Of a DNA stretch of 64,000 bases, positions 62,311-64,000 are shown one piece after another. How positions within the stretch are numbered: position 1 is the stretch's first letter; every line of letters starts with the position of its first letter. The notes below the pieces were generated by a model. The model did no database searches, was not told the DNA's origin, and was given only the letters and a program-made list of their open reading frames with translations. The stretch lies in the NCBI GenBank assembly GCA_964188305.1, contig OZ076887.1, one strand, 5' to 3'. The stretch is from Podarcis bocagei (Eukaryota). Both the position numbers and the translations under genes were made by a program.

Positions 62311-63737
62311 TATTCAAAAGTCCCACCAAATTTATTGGAACTTCCTAGCCAATGATTCCCCTCACCTGCATTAGAATAACAGCCACCTCTGCTTATAGCA
62401 GGAAATGAGAGCAAACCACATCTTATGCAATACCATCATATCCCCTGTTGACTTTCAATCATGAACCGATTTCCCATATCCTTATAACTTCTCTTAAAGG
62501 ACTGTTAAAAGCTTAGCCTACTTATGGTAGAAGATTTTACACTCTATATAAACTGAAGTATAGCTCTGCCAAAACTGATTATACATATAGTACAGATTAA
62601 GGAGGAAAGAGAAACCACTACTTGTTGACTTTAATGGTAAAAAATATTCCATCATGCTATGCGTAGGGAGGAAATTACACTTTACTATAACTGGCTGTAT
62701 TGATCCAAGGCTCACAACATATAAAAGAACCAATCTTGGAAGCTAGAGATAGCCTTGTTCTGTAATATAGAATGGAGCTATTACAGCGAGCTTTCGGCTA
62801 TCTATCAGTCTGAGATATAACACGCTCTGGCTGTTTATGTGTATTTATAAGTACAAAAGTGACTCAAACCTATCCTTATTAGCTATGGAATCTAAACTAC
62901 AACATGCTGTCATACTTGGGTCTATAAGCAAATCCTCTTCATTCAGGCATATCCCGAATCACAAATTGTAATATACACCAATTTTCAGAAAACTGTTGCG
63001 AAGAATATTTATACTCCAGGCAGATTATAAATCAAAACAAAGCATAAAGATATCCTATCCAAGATGTAAAGAGACTCTGAATAATGTAGGACTTTGAAAG
63101 CAAGGACATGATACAACTGGGTGTGTGATACAAACAAGAACAAAATTAATTGACAGCAGGAGAGGCATGGGTCAGAATGATAAGAGGAAGAGAGATTATA
63201 AATAGGAACACATGTTTTGAAAAAGCCATTGTTAGCATTGAAATTGCTTAAGGACCGTTACTGAAACAGGAGGTGTTTAAGCCATGGAAAATATATTTAA
63301 GGATAAAAATAAATACATCAAAACTGTAATGAAAAGACTCCCCAACTGTGAAGATAAATGAAAATCCACAACAGAAGCAAATATGAAATCAGGTAATGTT
63401 AGACTCCGGACATTACAAAAAGTCTGCTCCTTACTATTACAACGTGCCACAAAACTAAAAGATATGTGCTTAAGCTTCCATCTAAACAAATAGTGCTTTA
63501 ATTGATCCACCAATTACTCCTGATATCCCAACTCAGAATGTTTGTTATATAAATTTATTGCATTTGATTCCTCGATTTACCTTACATTGCATGTGTCCAG
63601 GAAATCTATACCTACTATAATCTGCACCTGAAAACTACCCTTTCTTCCTAGCAGAATCCTTGGTCTCTTCTACAATCAGACTAGATTACCGTAAATTAGC
63701 ACACAAAGGGCCTCATGTCTTAACTTTCCCTATGCTT

Positions 63738-63874
63738 CTAGATACAGGTAGGTAGCCATGTTGGCTGACACAGTCAAAATAAATAAATAAATAAAATAAA
63801 TAATAGTCCAGTAGCACCTTAGAGACCAACTAAGTTTGTTCTGGGTATACCAGAACAATTTATTTATTTAATTA
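63738..63874 (-). mobile_element. Mini-insertion derived from the Neptune-like PLE terminal repeat
   Basis: 13-bp TSD TTTCCCTATGCTT (63725-63737, 63875-63887); minus strand 63848-63807 matches 46004-46045 at 39/42 nt. Confidence 0.88.
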
Positions 63875-64000
63875 TTTCCCTATGCTTTTCAGCCATGTCT
63901 GTAAAAGAACATTCATATCTAACTCACTGGGAAAGCTGACTGCATTGAGAGTTCATACACCTCTGGGGGATGAGGTGGAGGGGAGATGTAAAAGGTCTAC

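Overview
Eukaryotic, repeat-rich vertebrate DNA. The SINE content (Sauria, Squam3-like) points to a squamate, probably a lacertid lizard; this is inference. The window lies inside the lysine methyltransferase gene SMYD3 on the minus strand. Four coding exons were found with GT-AG boundaries (31507-31570, 25552-25659, 24152-24209, 19784-19920; 64/108/58/137 nt, equivalent to exons 2-5). They splice in frame and encode most of the MYND finger and the following insert region. Exon 1 and exons 6 onward were not found, so the rest is treated as intron. The introns hold a 5'-truncated CR1 LINE, two Penelope-like elements (PLEs; Poseidon-like and Neptune-like), L1 and L2 fragments, SINEs, solo LTRs, and many Tc1/mariner-pogo and hAT MITEs. 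Most notable: (1) each PLE carries a minimal hammerhead ribozyme motif; (2) a separate 137-bp TSD-flanked mini-insertion has homology to the Neptune element that starts at the predicted ribozyme cleavage site; (3) two MITEs in inverted orientation 41 bp apart form a ~720-bp fold-back; (4) two non-autonomous DNA elements have internal 144-bp and 107-bp tandem arrays; (5) several well-formed cryptic exons occur in the SMYD3 sense. No prokaryotic features or CRISPR arrays. All repeat-family names come from motif recognition, not database searches.
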